Translations under genes and position numbers: made by a program | DNA from: Chrysomallon squamiferum | Lineage: Eukaryota; Animalia; Mollusca | DNA length: 64,000 nucleotides | Assembly: GCA_012295275.1 (NCBI GenBank) | Contig: CM022677.1 | Span: 17,360,001-17,424,000 of the forward strand | Direction of reading: 5' to 3' | Shown here: positions 63,438 through 64,000 of the stretch, one piece after another | How the letters are laid out: each line of letters starts with the position of its first letter | Position numbering within the stretch: position 1 is the stretch's first letter | Notes under the pieces: model-generated | What the model was told of the DNA's origin: nothing | The model's input: only the letters and a program-made list of their open reading frames with translations | The model's database searches: none

Positions 63438-64000
63438 TCCTAAATGATCCAGTGAACTTCACAAAACGTCATTATAATATTCTTCTTGTCTTCTTCCACA
63501 CCACAATAACCAGAAGACTAAAAAATAAAAATAAATATTGCTCTATACATTAAATTATAAATGTTAATATTTTTGTTAAAATATAAATAAAATAAATTTT
63601 AAAAATTAAAAACAGAAATTGGTAAATGCAAAATCATGGACAAGCTGCAGTAGATACCTTAATGCTATGAAGCTAACCATCACACATGAAAAATATCCAT
63701 ACTGAGATTTTTTTCTCCATTTTAAACTTCTCAAATACCAATTAGTAATCACTTTATTTTTTATTTTTTGCTATATATTTATCCTTTAAGGTACATATCC
63801 CTCACAAAAAATAATTTTAAACCATCCAATATATATTACTGTCACTATTTATAATCAGCAAAAACAATACATAACACAAATAAAATAATAAATAAATAAA
63901 TAATGATTATGAAATAACCAAAATGTATTTTAAAATTCCATATATAAATTGACATATTTCAGTATTCAGAAACTTCTGATTAACTACAGAATAATCATCT

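Overview
Eukaryotic, very AT-rich, microsatellite-dense animal genomic DNA. A coleoid cephalopod or other mollusc origin is an inference from composition and gene content, not demonstrated. I reconstructed four spliced genes by hand. (1) A complete 14-coding-exon NOX5-type EF-hand NADPH oxidase on the minus strand (34750->5849, about 767 aa, all splice phases consistent). (2) An unannotated 3-exon gene for an 84-aa secreted 8-cysteine peptide on the plus strand (41589-45748), which the ORF track does not capture as a protein. (3) An 8-exon trypsin-like S1 serine protease with an N-terminal 6-Cys domain (51986-57808), whose catalytic-Asp exon is disrupted. (4) A frameshifted C2H2 zinc-finger gene of about 995 aa (63437->60446). 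The most striking feature is a ~19 kb, ~450-copy, 42-bp satellite filling a NOX5 intron. Its monomer is exactly the last 29 nt of the EF-hand-1 exon plus the first 13 nt of the intron, so the 5' splice site GAC|GTAAGT has been amplified hundreds of times. The protease gene has a parallel array built from a 3' splice site, and the ZNF gene has one spanning its stop codon. All coding lesions lie to the right of a single N at 47688, which suggests a lower-quality contig there. Coordinates and counts were read by eye.
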